Of a stretch of DNA of 64,000 bases, positions 24,901-39,500 are shown piece after piece. How positions within the stretch are numbered: the first letter of the stretch is position 1; each line of letters opens with the position of its first letter. The notes below the pieces were generated by a model. It was not told the DNA's origin, made no database searches, and worked only from the letters and a program-made list of their open reading frames with translations. The position numbers were made by a program, and so were the translations under genes. The DNA lies in NCBI GenBank assembly GCA_015680685.1, contig MNCI01002813.1, forward strand, positions 186,001 to 250,000, in the 5' to 3' direction. The DNA is from Gnetum montanum (lineage: Eukaryota > Plantae > Gnetophyta).

Positions 24901-26340
24901 CGTAGGGTCGTGGATGTGAGCTGGGGACATTGCAATGTGAACCCAATTTAAGGTATTTGTAGACCATCAAATGTGCTGGTTTAAGGTCCCTGTAGACTAT
25001 GATGTACTACTTTGAGGTCCTAGTAGACCATTGTGCTAGTTTTAGGTCCTAGTAGACTGTTTTGCTAGTTTATTGTCATAGTAGATGGTGGATGGCCAGT
25101 TTAAGGTCATAGTAGATCATGTTGTGGGTGCTAGTTTTATGTCATAGCCCAAGGACATGCTATGTTAGTTTAACATCATAGCGGATGAGCTATGCTAGTT
25201 TATAGTTATAGTTGACTATCTTTGCCAGTTTTACATCATAGTGGATGATCTTTGCCAATTTTACGTCATAGCAGATGATCTTTTCTAGTTTTATGTCATA
25301 GTAGATGAGTTCTTACCTTTCTTTGTACTTGATGCAATCCTTTGCATTAAACATAGTATGTCTTGAGAGATAAGTGGTTGATGGGATTTGCGAACTCGTT
25401 GCCATCCATATCAACCAATTTGAATGCATTATTCTCATAAGCTTTTGTGACTATGAAAAGGCCTTCCTAGTTGGCTGAGAACGTATTTACAAGTTCAAAA
25501 ATAGCTTTGAGGACTAGGTCTCCCTTTTTGATTGGTCATTGATGTAAATTTTAGTGGTTCTTTTTCTATTGTTTATCCTAGTACCATTTGATGTGACTGA
25601 GTTAAGGTCAAAGGTGAACAAAGATCACCATGCATAGTCATTTTTCAATTGGACCAATCACAATTAGCAAACAAACCAAGTCAAGTGATACTAGTTTGAA
25701 GAAACAACATGTAATAAATATATGTAAGGCAATAATGCAACATAAGATAATTCCTAGTTTCAGGTCTTAGAGGACCGCCACTATGCAAAATTTGTAAATT
25801 GAAATTGCCAGTTTAAGGTTTTAGCGAACCATAACCATGTAATATCATGAGATGAATGTTAAATTTGCTAGTTTAAGGTCATGGTGGACCATTAACAGGT
25901 TTTAAATGTAAAGGAGGTTAAGGTTTCCAGTTTAAGGTCATAGCAGATCATAATAATGTAAATTTTGTTCTAAAATGTAAAATGAATGCTAAAATTACTA
26001 GTTTAAGGTCATGGGGGACTATAACCATGTTTAAAATATAAAGATAAAGTAAAAATTTTGGTGGATCCACTTGCTACATTGTAGCTGAGTGCTATGCTGC
26101 AGTGGGGACATGCTACACTATAGTAGTGTTACAATACAGGGATGTCCCATGTTATTTGGGACATGAAAGTGATAGCCTTTTTACTACGTCAACTATAAAT
26201 AGGGGTTTACCCCCTAGTAAAGTTGTCATTTTCATTGTCAGATCCCACACCAAAAGTGTAGCATAGTAGGACTACAAGAGAGTGTAAAAGGCATAGTGTA
26301 GTAGTTGATAGAGCTGATTTGCAAACAAGGTAATGGTGCG
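21933..26340 (-). mobile_element. Tat-family element C, internally deleted (3' LTR 21933-~23875, 3' UTR, tandem array, INT C-terminus, pre-pol spacer, antisense promoter)
   Basis: Reverse-complement homology to element A (16770-18400, LTR, and 13800-14350). INT tail 'HIKWY*DKQ...KGDLVLK...FSAN*EGLF' at 25350-25600. Nearly all of pol is missing. TATAAATA at 26194-26201 on +. Confidence 0.8.
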
Positions 26341-27551
26341 TGAAACACCATGAAATTTCGAGACCTTAATGATTCAGCAAAGTCTCAAAATTTACATAAA
26401 GGATTTCCACAAGTGGCACATTTTGGATAGTCCATTTTTAGCTTAGGGCCTATTACACTACACTATGCAGCATAGTGTAATAGACTCCAGAAGGACTGAA
26501 CAGAAGCAAGGGATGTGCAGCAAAAAAACTTCAATTTTGCAAGTTAGCTATGTTATGCCGCATTACGCTATGTAGTGTAATGTAGTGTAACACAGTGTAA
26601 CGCAAGTAGACAATTGATTTGATCACAACAATGGAGATAGCAAGATTCAAGCATTGGAAATTCTTATGCCATGATATGCTCTTTAGTGTATTACAGTGTA
26701 ATCATAGGACAGTTTGTTACCGAAGCTCCAGCAAAGGTAGATTACGACACACTATGCTTCAGAGCGTAGCGCAATGTAAAACTATAAGCTTTAGCTATGG
26801 CACATCAGGTCAACGGTATTCTATGTGCCCAAGACACACGTCATCTAAGCTATGTTCTTTTTCTAACCCTAATCATATAAATACCCTAGTTGACAATGAT
26901 CAAGGGGTTGGAAAGTTTTTTTGGGTTGGAAGCTGTTGGGAAATTATTGACAATTTTTGGTGAAGATTGGCGAGAGAACAAAAGAGAATTGGCAATTGAA
27001 AGAACATCAACGATGACCGACAAGAGATTTTGATCAAAAGCTTTGAGTTAGTAGACACTTTGCTTCGAGTCTAAATCCCTTGCACCCAAATTGGCAAGAA
27101 TCAGGTAGATCAACCTTTGCTTGTTTCATCTTTGAATAGCTTTCTTGTTCTTTGCACGTGCTTCATCTAAACCGAAGTTTTCCTACAATCATTGTATTCA
27201 ACATATTTGTTTATAAGCTAAATTCTAGACCTTGGCATTCCACATTCTCTAAATTCAATTTATTGCATCCTATCTACATAGATTTTACAATCATTTTGAA
27301 TCATTTATGTTGTTCTTGTTGGCTTCGAGATTATTGATATCATATCTCCGCATCAAAATCATCATCTCGTGATCTGATCATTACAAAATTTTCTAATTAA
27401 GTAAGTTCATGTCTAATCAACAAGACCATTTAGGGCACATTGGATTCATTTCCTATAGCATGGCCCTCGCATGGATCCAAGGTTGGAACTATGTACATGG
27501 AACTTTGCTCAGTATTTCCAGCGATCGACGTTTTCCATCATTACAACTTTC

Positions 27552-27568
27552 TGGTGCTAGAAGGAGGG
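27552..27568 (+). promoter_or_regulatory. Primer binding site complementary to tRNA-Asn
   Basis: TGGTGCTAGAAGGAGGG immediately after the LTR end. Identical to 36267-36283. Confidence 0.8.
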
Positions 27569-27949
27569 CTGAACCTCTAATCTTTGCTTCACAGGTAGTC
27601 CTGTAAGCTATTTCTACCCATTTTTTATTGATGTAAATGTAATACCTCCATTTTTTTTACGAGATTGTGTAGTACAGATCGGTTGCTTTGACGATTCCTC
27701 TGGAATCCTGCAGGGTAGAAAGCCCATTTTTCCTTAGCTTGCCTTTTCCCTATTGATCTTTATCCTTGTCATCATTACTCTCAAACTACATAGAGAATGG
27801 TTGCATCAACCACCACTATTGACACTGCTAACCTTGAGAACCCTTGGACACTACAAGTTATTTCTATTGTGGTCAAGCTGCCAATGAGTTCGATGCGACC
27901 ACGTCAATCCCTTAGACTCCAAAATAAAGAGCCTAAGGGACATGCTTAG

Positions 27950-30900
27950 CATAGGGAACATTACAATTTCCTTTGTGCTAAACTTGTGGAAAATTTTCTC
28001 ATGTATCCACAAGAACTTGAAGAGAAATGAGAATACAAGTTCATATACTACAATGGAAAGGAATTTATTCCTTTTCCTAATGCCACTGTACCCCTGATAG
28101 ATCAACAACTATGGATCTTAGATCAAATGCTAATGGCAAGAGCATTGATAGAACAATGAGAGGAGTTTTTCCATGATGTAGCTCTTCATGATGGGTAGGA
28201 GGATCTAGATTCCCATTCGAGGAAGGTAGTCACACTGAATTTTTTGTGGCCCCTCCCTCCACTATGTCCCATGTAAATCTGTTATTCATGGTAACCATGC
28301 CCTTGACATTATCTAATGCTAACCATGTCCCACACTCACCCCAACCACATTTTTTCTCTTCGACTACCCTCCTAGGTGGTGTCCCTTTACAAATCATTCC
28401 TCCATAGCCATAGTTAGTTAATCCATCTCATCGTATACCTGCACCTATATCACCGTATGTACATGCAATACCTACTTCGCAATTACACACAACACCTACA
28501 TTTATCCCAACTCACATGATAGGACCTGCCACTATAGCGTGGTGGGCTCCAAACCCATCATCCCTTGTAGCACAGCCTACGTAGATGTCTCATCTCACTC
28601 ATCATAAAAACCAAGTCTTGCAAGTACTAAACCCCACTGTAGGATCATTGTCTATGCTCCTAGCCATGCAAACAATGTATCCCATGGCATAATTGATGGT
28701 GGTCACCTCATCTGCATCACCTATTGAGTGGTGGATGTCACAAGTGGTACTGCCTGTAGGGGCAGTCCCGATAATATTGCACATAGGCCAAGATGCCACC
28801 CCTATCCCTCCACCCAATGTGCATCATCCTGCAATTTCACAAATAACCTCTTCATCTACAGGTCTGGATCAAGCCTTCTAGCTTATTTAGACCCTTACTA
28901 AGGAAGTTAAATGCCTCAAGGCTACCGGTTCCAACACAATATAGGTCATAGAGTTTTACCATGACAATCCTATTAGTTTGGTAGTGCCTATTTTGTCGTT
29001 GCCTCCTGGGATGCCACTCCCCCATTTTATAAAATACAATGGGGAAGGTGATCCCAACACCCATCTAGTCACCTTCAGATCAGATTCGTTATTATTGCAA
29101 CAATGGCCACATACCATCATCCATATCTTTGCTATGTCCCTAACGAGTAAAGCTTTAAACTGGTATCTAGCACTCCCACACTCTTCCATCTCAACCTTGG
29201 AAGAGCTATAAACTCAGTTCGTGACTCATTTCAAATACAACCTGAAACCAAAAGTCATGTTCGATCAACTCATGGGAGTCAAGCAAGATCTTCTCGAGTC
29301 AGTCCAAAATTTTATATAGAGGTGGAGTGCTACCTTGAATGAAATCTGTGAACCCATTTCCGAGGCTCATCTGTTAGCAATCTTCAAGGGGGTAGTCAAT
29401 GACTTCATTAAGTTCAAACTATATTACCTCACTTCCCACTCCCTCAACTAAGCCTTTACTCAGACTAAGAGCATTCAAGACGTAACAGAGGCTAGCAAAG
29501 ACCCAGCGTATGTGGTCTACAAAAATGCCCAAACCAAGGGTAAAGACAAAGGCAAAGCTACAACAACGACCATAGCAGCGGTAGCCGAAGGGGCCAAGAA
29601 TAGAAATAACAACAAGAAAATATCTGCCTCACCTGCTAAGTCCACAACTAGCTCAAATAGCATTGATCAAGAAACTCCACCCACCCCTAAGGTGTTTCCA
29701 CAGTGAAAGCCTATTTTTGAGAGTAAAGATCCCTTAAAATACATTGCTCTACCTGTAAAGCCTTCAAAACTTTTGAAGAAATTATTGGAAACTGGCCATA
29801 TTCAACATAAGCAAGTGTCCAAGGAAGGTCTGAAATGCCATAGACGGCATTGTGAGTTTCTCAAGAATCCCTCCTTGGCCCTACCAAATGAACTGCCAAT
29901 TCCCAAAAACTTTAGGCTAGACCATTTCTGTGACTATCACCAGCTATGTGTTCATGACACGGATTACTTCTAGGCTTTGAAAGATGACATCCAACACATG
30001 ATCGATCAAGGTAAACTGATCTTAGACATTAATAGTTCGATCTATTTAGAAAATCAAACCATGCATGTGTACCAAGACTTGTTAAACAAAAATAACATAG
30101 GATACACTATCAACACGATGGGTATGGATGGCCAAGCATAGCCAAAACAACCCTTTGTGCTGCATGTACCTCCTCACCTATCTTAGAAGACAAGCCCATC
30201 AACATCAATGGATGTGCCTTAGCAACAACCCTTCATTCTTAGGGTCCCATCTCCTACCTTCATCCCATAGCCCACCATTAGTAAAGCCACAGCCCAGCCT
30301 GTGCCCATACCTAGGGCATCCTTTATCATCAGGGTGTCAAAGTCGTCAGTTGCTCTTGCTACACAAGGGTAAATCTCTAAGTCAACACCTCAATCACAAC
30401 CTAACAGGAAAGGAGAAGGATGTATGACAACTAATACATCCAAGGACTGAATTATGCTGGGATTTCCCAAATCTATTCCCCTCACCTTGGAGCCCTTGGC
30501 CCCATCCTCTAAAAAATATGATGCTACGCAAATGCAACCATCTTCTCCCAACCCAAGAAAATGCAACCCTCAACCAAAAACCATTCCTCCCCAAGATATT
30601 CATCTCCTGGGATGAATAGAAGAAGAGAAGGTGATAAGAAACCAGATCATGGATGTGATCTCCTTGACATTTTTATGCAAGTTAAGTAGGCTCTTAAACA
30701 ACAAAATACAACGTTGAGCCTCTATGTGACATCACAAAAGCATCATGAGGCCATGGTTTGGATGTTAACATTCATACCCATGGAAAAGAGCCTGCCAGTG
30801 GATGAAGAAGCAATCCACTCCATCATGCTTTCCCTCATCGCCGAAAAACCCTAATATTCCCTACTAACTTTTCATGACAAATCCATTAAGGACAACCTAG

Positions 30901-31460
30901 AGAAGGGTCAAGTGAAAATAGTGCCTATGTTCATCACTATCCTAGTTGACCAATACCAAATCCAAAGAGTACACATAGATGAAGAGACAGTTGCTAATGT
31001 CATTCCATACCCCATAGTGGATAAACTAGGTTTGATTGACCAGATTAATTCCATGACAATGTCATGTTTAAATTCATTCAATGGGGCATGAGTGAAAGTT
31101 AAAGGAACAGTACACATCAACTTCATAGCAGGGGACTAATTCCCCATAGATGTAGTGTTTATCGACGTCGAGGATATGCCTAGTTTCAACTTAATCTTGG
31201 GGAGGTCCTAGTTGGCTCAACTAAGGGCAGTCTCATCAGCAATCCATCAGGAGATCCATTTTCCCTATTCAGGAGGGGAAGTGATCATCCATGGTGATAA
31301 TATGATCCCTCAAGCTATTAATAATGTAGAAATGGAATAGGGTTTGGAAATTGAAATCCCTGAGCCTTAGTCTCCTATCCTAATATTTTAACAGGCTAAA
31401 ACAGTGGCTAATGATAGCTTGGTTTGGGCTGAACTACCTTTTCAAGGGAAGATTGTGAAG
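27950..31460 (+). pseudogene. Degenerate gag-protease of element D
   Basis: Gag 'KYNGEGDPNTHLVTF...FAMSLTSKALNWYLALPHSSISTLEEL', Tat-type knuckle 'FCDYHQLCVHDTDY' (~29925-29970), and protease 'IQRVHIDEETVANVI...FNLILGRS*L...VSSAIHQEIHF' (30940-31265). The start is approximate. Confidence 0.82.
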
Positions 31461-34400
31461 TAAAGGAATAGAGTAATAAACCTCCTCATCCATATGCATC
31501 GCCAAAACTAAAAACAATTAAGAAGCAGCTACGGAGCTAGCAAACAAACACATTGGCATGACATGTCACATTAGTCCACATTGTTTACTATTATCCAATT
31601 TACACTCTCTCCTTTAGCATTTTCCTTATTATGCTTTTTACCCTTTTTCATATGCATTACGGCCTGAGATGGCCTTAAACTAGTTGCAGCCGCTAAAGCC
31701 TAAAACTGGAAATTTTGTTTATCCTTTTATGCTTATGATGGCTTCGCCTGAAATGGACTTAAACTATTAATGGCCCATAGTGGCCTAAAGAGTGTAATCC
31801 TTCTAATAATATGTTTCACTTCATGAAAACTAAAATCTTTATATCATATATATTATATCACATACATCAAAGAACATTTTCCTTTACTCCATTTCATTAT
31901 AACAAAATGTTGTCTTATATAGCCATGTCACATGTTGCCTTTGTTACCACTCCTACCTATGTCATACAACTCCACCTATGCCTCATGAAGATAATCCTCA
32001 TAGGGACCTTCTTTGTGTGGTGTCTCTTCGTGGACGCAATCCTCTCCATAAGGCTCTTCCTCATGAGAATCCTTTCCATGAGGTTGATCATCTTTGTTGA
32101 GCTCCTCCTCATAAGGATCCTCTTCGTGAGGACCATCATCTCCATTATGCTCCTCCTCATTAGGATTCCCTTCGTGTCGATCCTATGATTTGACATGAAA
32201 TGCATGTTAGCATCGCCATCAAAACTATGCATAATAAGAATACAATAGTCCTATAACTTATCTGTGATGGTCCTATGTTAGCTGCAAAAGGAATTTCTTC
32301 CAAACCAACCCACAAACATTGCATGTTCTTGTCCTCGGTAAGCTTAGACCAAACACCATCTCCTAGATTAGTTCCAACCTTAACCTTCCCCTTTTCCATA
32401 GGAGTCCATTGGGGTGGTTCAGGGAAGAAGGAAGGGACAATGGTCTCCCTACCAGGGAGGGTTATTTCTCTCTCTAGGAAGGCACTTACTATCACTTTCT
32501 TCTAAAACTTTTTGTATGCTCCAGAAGCACTGATGACATCGAGGAAAATTCGTAGGAACCATAGTCCAATAGCAGAATCCCTGTAATGTTGGTAGTAGGT
32601 GGCACTTTCTTGCTTATACATATGCTTGTGGTCCTTGTGTCCCTGCCTCCATTCTTGGACCCTTGTGCTAAAATCCTTCTAGTCTTGGTTATTTTGGGCT
32701 AAGAGTTCCATTTGCATCCATTGCTCAATGAGCTCATGGCTGGCTCGGACGTTGTTTCTGAAGACCATCCAATAATGGATGTAGTCAATCACAGCTATTT
32801 ACAAATTCTCATCATTGCTCTCCCAAGCTTGTAGAAGTTTATTTTGAGACTCCAGGTCCTCAACCCTATTGGTTAGGGATGTCTTCTCCTTTTCTTCTTT
32901 CTACAACCTCTTCCAAAGATCTTTGTTGACATTTTGACACTCCCATAAAGAGCAGGTCGAGCGTAACTCACATTTATGCAATTCATCGTAAAAGTTGCAT
33001 GGCACTTTGGTCACCTCTAGTCAGGGTTCAGGGGTTGTGTCTAAGTCAATGGGCTCTTTGGAATCCCATCTGAGGTGAGATCTTGTAACATAAAAATAAC
33101 AGTTAGATGCAACAAAATAATGCAATGTCGCAATGCCAACAATCCCTGTGTTATAATAGTCACGTACCAATATCAGGATCGATTCACTCTAGGCAACTAA
33201 TCATATCATTAATGATGCCCTCCATAAAGGAAAATTTATTAGGAATTTACCCCAATGCTGATTTGGTGCCACTGACAAAGGCATCCCGCTATTATCAGAA
33301 ATGCCTACTATGCGAACAAAATGAGTTAGACATAGTACAGTGGACATAAAGGGTAATTGAGATGTTACGATAACGCAAAATTCAATTCAACAAAACCCTC
33401 AAGGGTAGTAGCATGAGGTTTGCCCTTTGAGGAAAGGTCAAACTCACCAGTGAAAAACTACTTCTCTTTTCTTGGTTCATCCGAAAGGACCTCGACATCC
33501 TCTACTTCCATCTCTTATTTAGGCACACGAACTTGTGTATCACCTATGTTACTAACTGGGGCCTTCTTTTCCAAAAATGGGGCCCCTTCTCCACACCATA
33601 TAACTATTGGTCCATTTTCAGGGGTTAACTCCTCTATATCTTTTCCTTTGTCTACCAAAAAACATAGTTAGCCAAAACATTTACAAACACTACGCGACAC
33701 CACGACATCTATACGAAGCGTGATACATATATATACTAATTACGCATCTCTCTACTTACTAGCTAGGGGACCGTTCCTATGAAATTTAATTCACAGCCTC
33801 TTTCCTTCTACATCAGTTAGATTGGGAGACTCCATGCCCAAACGATGCTTCTTTTGTTGAACTGGTGAAGTCACTATTTCCACTTCCAGGCACTTTCCCC
33901 TTAACAAACTACCGATGTAAGAAGGGAGTGCCCCACCCACACTATCTTGGCCCCATGTAGGAGGCACTGCCAAATCCTTAGTCGTGAGTGAAAGTGAATC
34001 CCTAATACCTTCAGGGGGATCTTGCAACCAAATGATGCAGAAAATTTGGGAAATCCATGGTTTGGAAATCTAGTTACGATCTTGCTGCACCTAGATTCCA
34101 TTCCTATGAACCACCAGAAATTTAGCAAAATTTCAAAAGAAAGCTATAAAAAATGCAAAATGCACATTGAAGTGAGATTCAAGCTTCTTACAAAGCTTGA
34201 CCATTTCAGCTTGCAAGCCTTCAGCAAAGTAACTGGCCCAATTGAACCATGTTCCCTCCTCCATAACCTCCCGCATGATCCAAGCCTACTCTATGGTAAG
34301 GATTCTCACCTGGAAGAGTAGCTTGGGGAAGGCGTGGGCTTGAAAAAGGGGATAAATGATATTAACCACCTCCAGCTTGATTTTATCAACAAGGATGCCT

Positions 34401-34994
34401 TTCAGTTCCTTTTTAACCCCTAGCCACTCCTCTATGTCCTTTTGAAGCTTAGAACCTCTCTTTGACCTTTCTTCTATTAGAGGGCCATCAAAAGGAACAC
34501 CAAAAAATTTGACGAATAGTCAAGCATCAATATCAAAAATCACATGCACGTTACGCATGTGCATGTAAAGACACTTAGCTTCTTCGTTGAAGGAGTCAAC
34601 TAGGGTTAACATTTTGGCCACAATGATGTTGGGGGTTATGCCAAAAAATAGCTCCATCAGTCTAGCTTCCCAGAGGTTATTGGATATGGCATCTAGGGCT
34701 GCTCCATGGTAGAGCCAATGTTGTGCCTATTTTATGTCACCATAACGAAAGAAGAGACTGCTCTCTTCATGCTCGGAGGCCATAACCGTGACCTCCCGTG
34801 ATTTCCTAACTGTGAATATAAAGCAATGCTTTAGACAATATAGTAAAATAAAACACTTTTATACATTGTTTCCATTCTATAATATTGTACAATGGACCAC
34901 CATAGCGTAATTTACCATGTCTAAAGGACGAAGAAAATAGTGGGATTTTCTCTTACATGTCTCCAACAATGATAGGATGATCTAAAGTCCACTC

Positions 34995-36261
34995 TGAAAC
35001 ATCATAAAATTTCGAGCTTAGTACTTCTCCAACAAGAAGCAGGTCCTTGGGACCCACAGATGACCACAGCAACATCTGGTGTCACACATGGCAACTTCAG
35101 AGATCAAAATACTTAGTTTCCACTAAGTATGCAGTCCCAGTGTATATGCCCAAACATGGAGTCTCAGCATATACGCCCAGCGTATACGCTCAAGTTCACA
35201 CCCACAGTGTCTACGCCTGACATTCTCAGCATATACACTAGTGTATATGCCCAATGTAGACGTCTCACATGTACACTCGACAAGTACAACAGATGTGTAC
35301 TCCCGGCATGAAATCCCCAAAGATGGTATGGAAACAGCACTGTAGAGCAATATTTGGCACAAGGTAGCAACCATCAGCGTATACGCCCTGGTGTATACGT
35401 CCAACTCCCATCAGCATATATGCCTAGCATATACACCCAGCCTACATCAGTGTATATGCCTAGCATCCACAACATCTATGCCCAAGTTTGCATATGCCTA
35501 GCACATCCAACGTATACGCCTGAACTCTATGCCCGCTTTATACAGCGTATACGCTCAGCGTATATGCCCATTAAATGTTACATATTATAAACTTGTAAAT
35601 TTTATGCTTTTTCATCCGGTCAATGCACCACATGTCGTTCAACCCAAGTCTAGTATCAAAACCTGTATAAAAGCCCGAATTTTTCACTAGAACTAGGTCA
35701 ACCGGCAAAAATTGTAGAGTAAACCAGAGAATAAAGACATTGAGAACTAGAGAAGAAAACCTTATATGCTATAAAACCCTATACACTAAGCATACAACCT
35801 TTACGCTATGCCTACAGTGCGAACTAGCCCACTATCACCCCTGCATCCACCAGGGCTTTTCGTCCACCTTATGTCCGAGTCACAACTACGTTAGACCGAT
35901 GCATTGTACTCTCATTTTGAAATGCCATTGTTACATTTTCTTTCCAAAATCATTTACATTTTGCATTAATTTTTTCATGTATTCTATTTATGCTTGTTTA
36001 TGTCTATGCTCTGTTCGCATCAATTACACTGTTTACACTCTGATTCACACCTGTTACGTTGTTTATGTATAACCCAGCATATAGCACTTCAGTGTACGTT
36101 CAAGGAAATCCTTGTCTGATCTGTGTGCGGACCACCCAAGGTACTCTACCTTCATTCATTCTAGCTCACCCTCAGGCAAAGGTAGGATCTTTTGTGCATG
36201 TCTACTGATCCCACAGTCTCTATTTCCTTTCAGTCGGAGACAGAAAAATTTGGATGGTATA
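34995..36261 (+). repeat. 5' LTR of element E
   Basis: TGAAAC start, GCGTATACGC palindrome array, TATAAAA at ~35666, followed by the PBS. Confidence 0.92.
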
Positions 36262-36539
36262 GAAATTGGTGCTAGAAGGAGGGCCTCTGCCTAAAACCTT
36301 ACCTACAACCCTCCCAGTGTTTATGTTGTTAAGCATTTACGTCGTCGACAATACACTAATTCCTTCTGAAATCCTCCTAGCAGTTATGATACTCAATTTA
36401 AAACCCAGTCTACAAACTATCCAATGTTTAAATTTTTCAGCACCTACGCTGCTCCTATTAAAACTTACCATTTGCAAGTCTCCCAGCATCTAGGTTGTTA
36501 ACCATACACTACATGCTTTATATTGTAGACTTTTCCTAT

Positions 36540-39500
36540 GCTGTACACAAGACTGGTATTAGTTTATCATCATGATCCCTAGACAGTTGTGATGTCAGTT
36601 TTAAGTCGTGACCCAGGACTATTCTGTGGTATCAGTTTACCATCATGATTCCAGGATGAGCTGTGGTATTAGTTTATAGTCGTGATTCTAGGACTTGCAT
36701 GTACTTGAGCTTGTGCTCAAATGTAGAATAGGTTTAGGAACAAGTGATTGGTTAGATTGGCGAGCTTGTTTCCTACCATGTCAACTAACTTGAATGCTCC
36801 ATTGTCAAATGCTTTAGTGACTAAGTAAGACCCTTCCCAGTTGGCTGAGAATTTGTCCGGGTGTTCTCAAACAGCCTTGAGCACAAGGTCACCTTCTTTG
36901 ATACGGCACTTATTGAGGTCGTGCCGATATCGCTGCCATTCTTGTTTTTGATACCATTCGATCTAATCAAGTGCACGTATGCATTCCTCGTCCACCAAGT
37001 CGAGGTCAATGATACGTAGATCATTGTTTTGCCTATCATCGAGGAGTCTAGAAAGTGTGATCCTTAAAGATGGTACATGTAATTCCAAAGGTAAAATAAC
37101 TTCTAAACCATAAACAAGACTGTATGGTGTCTTACCCGTTGACATACAATATGTAGTATGGTATGCCCACAATGCGTATGTCAATTGTTCGTGCCACTTT
37201 CTCTTGCTTTAGGTAAGCATTCTTTTAAGTATTGTAATAATTATTTTGTTTGTTGCCTCTAGTTGCCTGTTGCTCTGAGGATAGTAAGGGGATGAAAACG
37301 AGTGTTTGATCCCTAGACTATCACAAAAGGTTTTGGTCTCGGCACTGCTAAATTATGGCCCATTGTCCGTGATGATTATCATGGGAATGCCAAAGCGGGT
37401 TACAATATTTTTGAGAATGAAATTGCACATGTGTTTAGACGTGGTTTTTCAAAGGGGAGAAACTTCTACCCACTTCATGAAATACTTTTTTGCAGTTATA
37501 ATAAAACTATGTACCGTAGAGGATGAGGGTGTTATTGAACCGATAAGGTCCAACCCCCACTTTTGAAAAGGCCATGTGATTTCTGCCGTGTGCAGCTCAT
37601 TTGATGGGACGTGAATTACATTGCTATGTTTTTAGCAAGTACTACATGTTTTAACCTTAGAGAGACATTCATACTCCATGTGTGGCCAATAGTAGCCTAG
37701 GCTTCTTATTTTTTGTTGCCATGGATTTTGGTGCCATATGTCCTCCACATAGTCCCTCATGTACTTGTTCAACAATGGTTTGGGCATCGGTACTACTAAT
37801 GCATGTTAGCAATATTCCTTCGTAGGATCGATGACATAACATGTCCCCTACTAGGGTGTACTTCTTAGAGCATGTTTTTACTGCATCCTTTTGTGCATTT
37901 GTTAGATGTCGTGGTGTTTCCCCATGTAGAAGGTACTCTTTTATGTCGTCATACCATTCTATTGCATGTGTTGTACTAACAGATGAAATCGGCAATGTAT
38001 CAAGAGTATTGGTTATTGGTTTAGCACAACTGATTATGGAGCTTGGTAATGTATGAAACATGTCTAGTGATATGTTCAATGCCAATGTGGCTAACGTGTC
38101 TACAATGGTGTTATCATTTCTAGAGACGTGTTGCACATCGGTGTTTTCAAATCTCCTCATTAGGTGTTTTGCTAAGTCACAGTATGGTTGTAAATGTTGG
38201 GCTTTACATGTATAAACATCTGTAACCTAGTTTAAGACCAATTGTGAGTCCCCTCTGACTACCAGTCATGTGATGTCTAAAGCTAGTGCTACCATGAGAT
38301 CTCTAAGGAGACCTTCGTACTCTGCTATATTGTTGGTACAGTGAAAGTTGAAACGATAAGCAAAGGGTCGAATCTCCCCAGAGGGGTAGGTGATGACAGT
38401 GACTACACTTCCCCCTTGGGAGGTGGATGCTCCATCAAAGTTTAGAATGGCATCGTAGTCATTGGACACTATATCTATTGTACTTATATTCTCATCCGGG
38501 AATTCTAGCTCTATAGTCGCTTGATCGTGCGTTGGTGACGTGGCCATATGACTTGCTATGGCTTGACCCTTGATGGATGACTATGCTATGTAGTACCTTG
38601 GGTGGTCTACACGTATATCATACAAGGATTTCCCTGAACATACACCGAAGTGTTATATGCTGGGTTATACATAAATTGTGTAGCGAGCCTAAAATAGAGT
38701 GTAAACAACGTAACAAATGTGAACAAAGCGTAAACATGAATAAGCGTAAAAAGAAAAAGTGCAAAAAATAATGTAAACTATAAAAAAATTCTGGAAGAAG
38801 ATGTAACAATGGCATTACAGAATGAGAGTAAAATGCACCGGTCTAATGCAGTTGTGACTGGGACATAAGACGGACGAAAAACCCTGGTGGATGCAAGGAT
38901 GACGATGGGCTGGTTCACACTATAGGCGCAATGTAGAGGATGTATGCCTAGCGTACAAGGTTTTCCAACGTAAAAGGTTTTTTAGCTCTGGTCTTTAGTG
39001 TAATTTCTCTTTGGTATGCTCTCGGATTTTTGCCAACCGACCTAGATCAAGTGGAAAATTGGGGCTTTTATACCGATTGTTACGCTAGACTCGGGTTGGG
39101 CGACATGTGGCATGTTGACCGGGTGCAAAAGCATAAAATTTACAAATGCATAATATATTAAATCTACTGGGCATATACGTTGTATCAAGCACACGTAGAC
39201 TCTAGGTGTATACACTGGATGTGCTGGTGTGCGAACTTGGAAGATGCTATGGACGCTGGGTGTATACGCTGATGATGGCTGGGCATATACGCTAGGGTGT
39301 ATACACTGATGTGCCAAGCATATACGCTGGGGTGTATATGCTGATGATTGCTACCTTGTGCCAAACCTTGCTCTGCAGTGCTGTTTCCATGCTGCCTTTG
39401 GAGATTTCATGCTGGACATAAATATTTGTTGTGCCTACTGAGTGTACATGTACGTTGGACGTATACGCTGGGCATATACACTAAGAATGTCAAGCGTATA

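Noticed and set aside
31811-32232. Hydrophobic ORF 31811-32188 (+) and ORF 31957-32232 (-)
   Set aside because: These are shadow frames of a 15-nt-period repeat. The plausible frame is the acidic PHEED tail of the antisense gene.
35123-35590. Overlapping ORFs rich in Y/A/T/M (also 39042-39317, 45437-45962)
   Set aside because: They are artefacts of palindromic LTR repeat arrays that are open on both strands.
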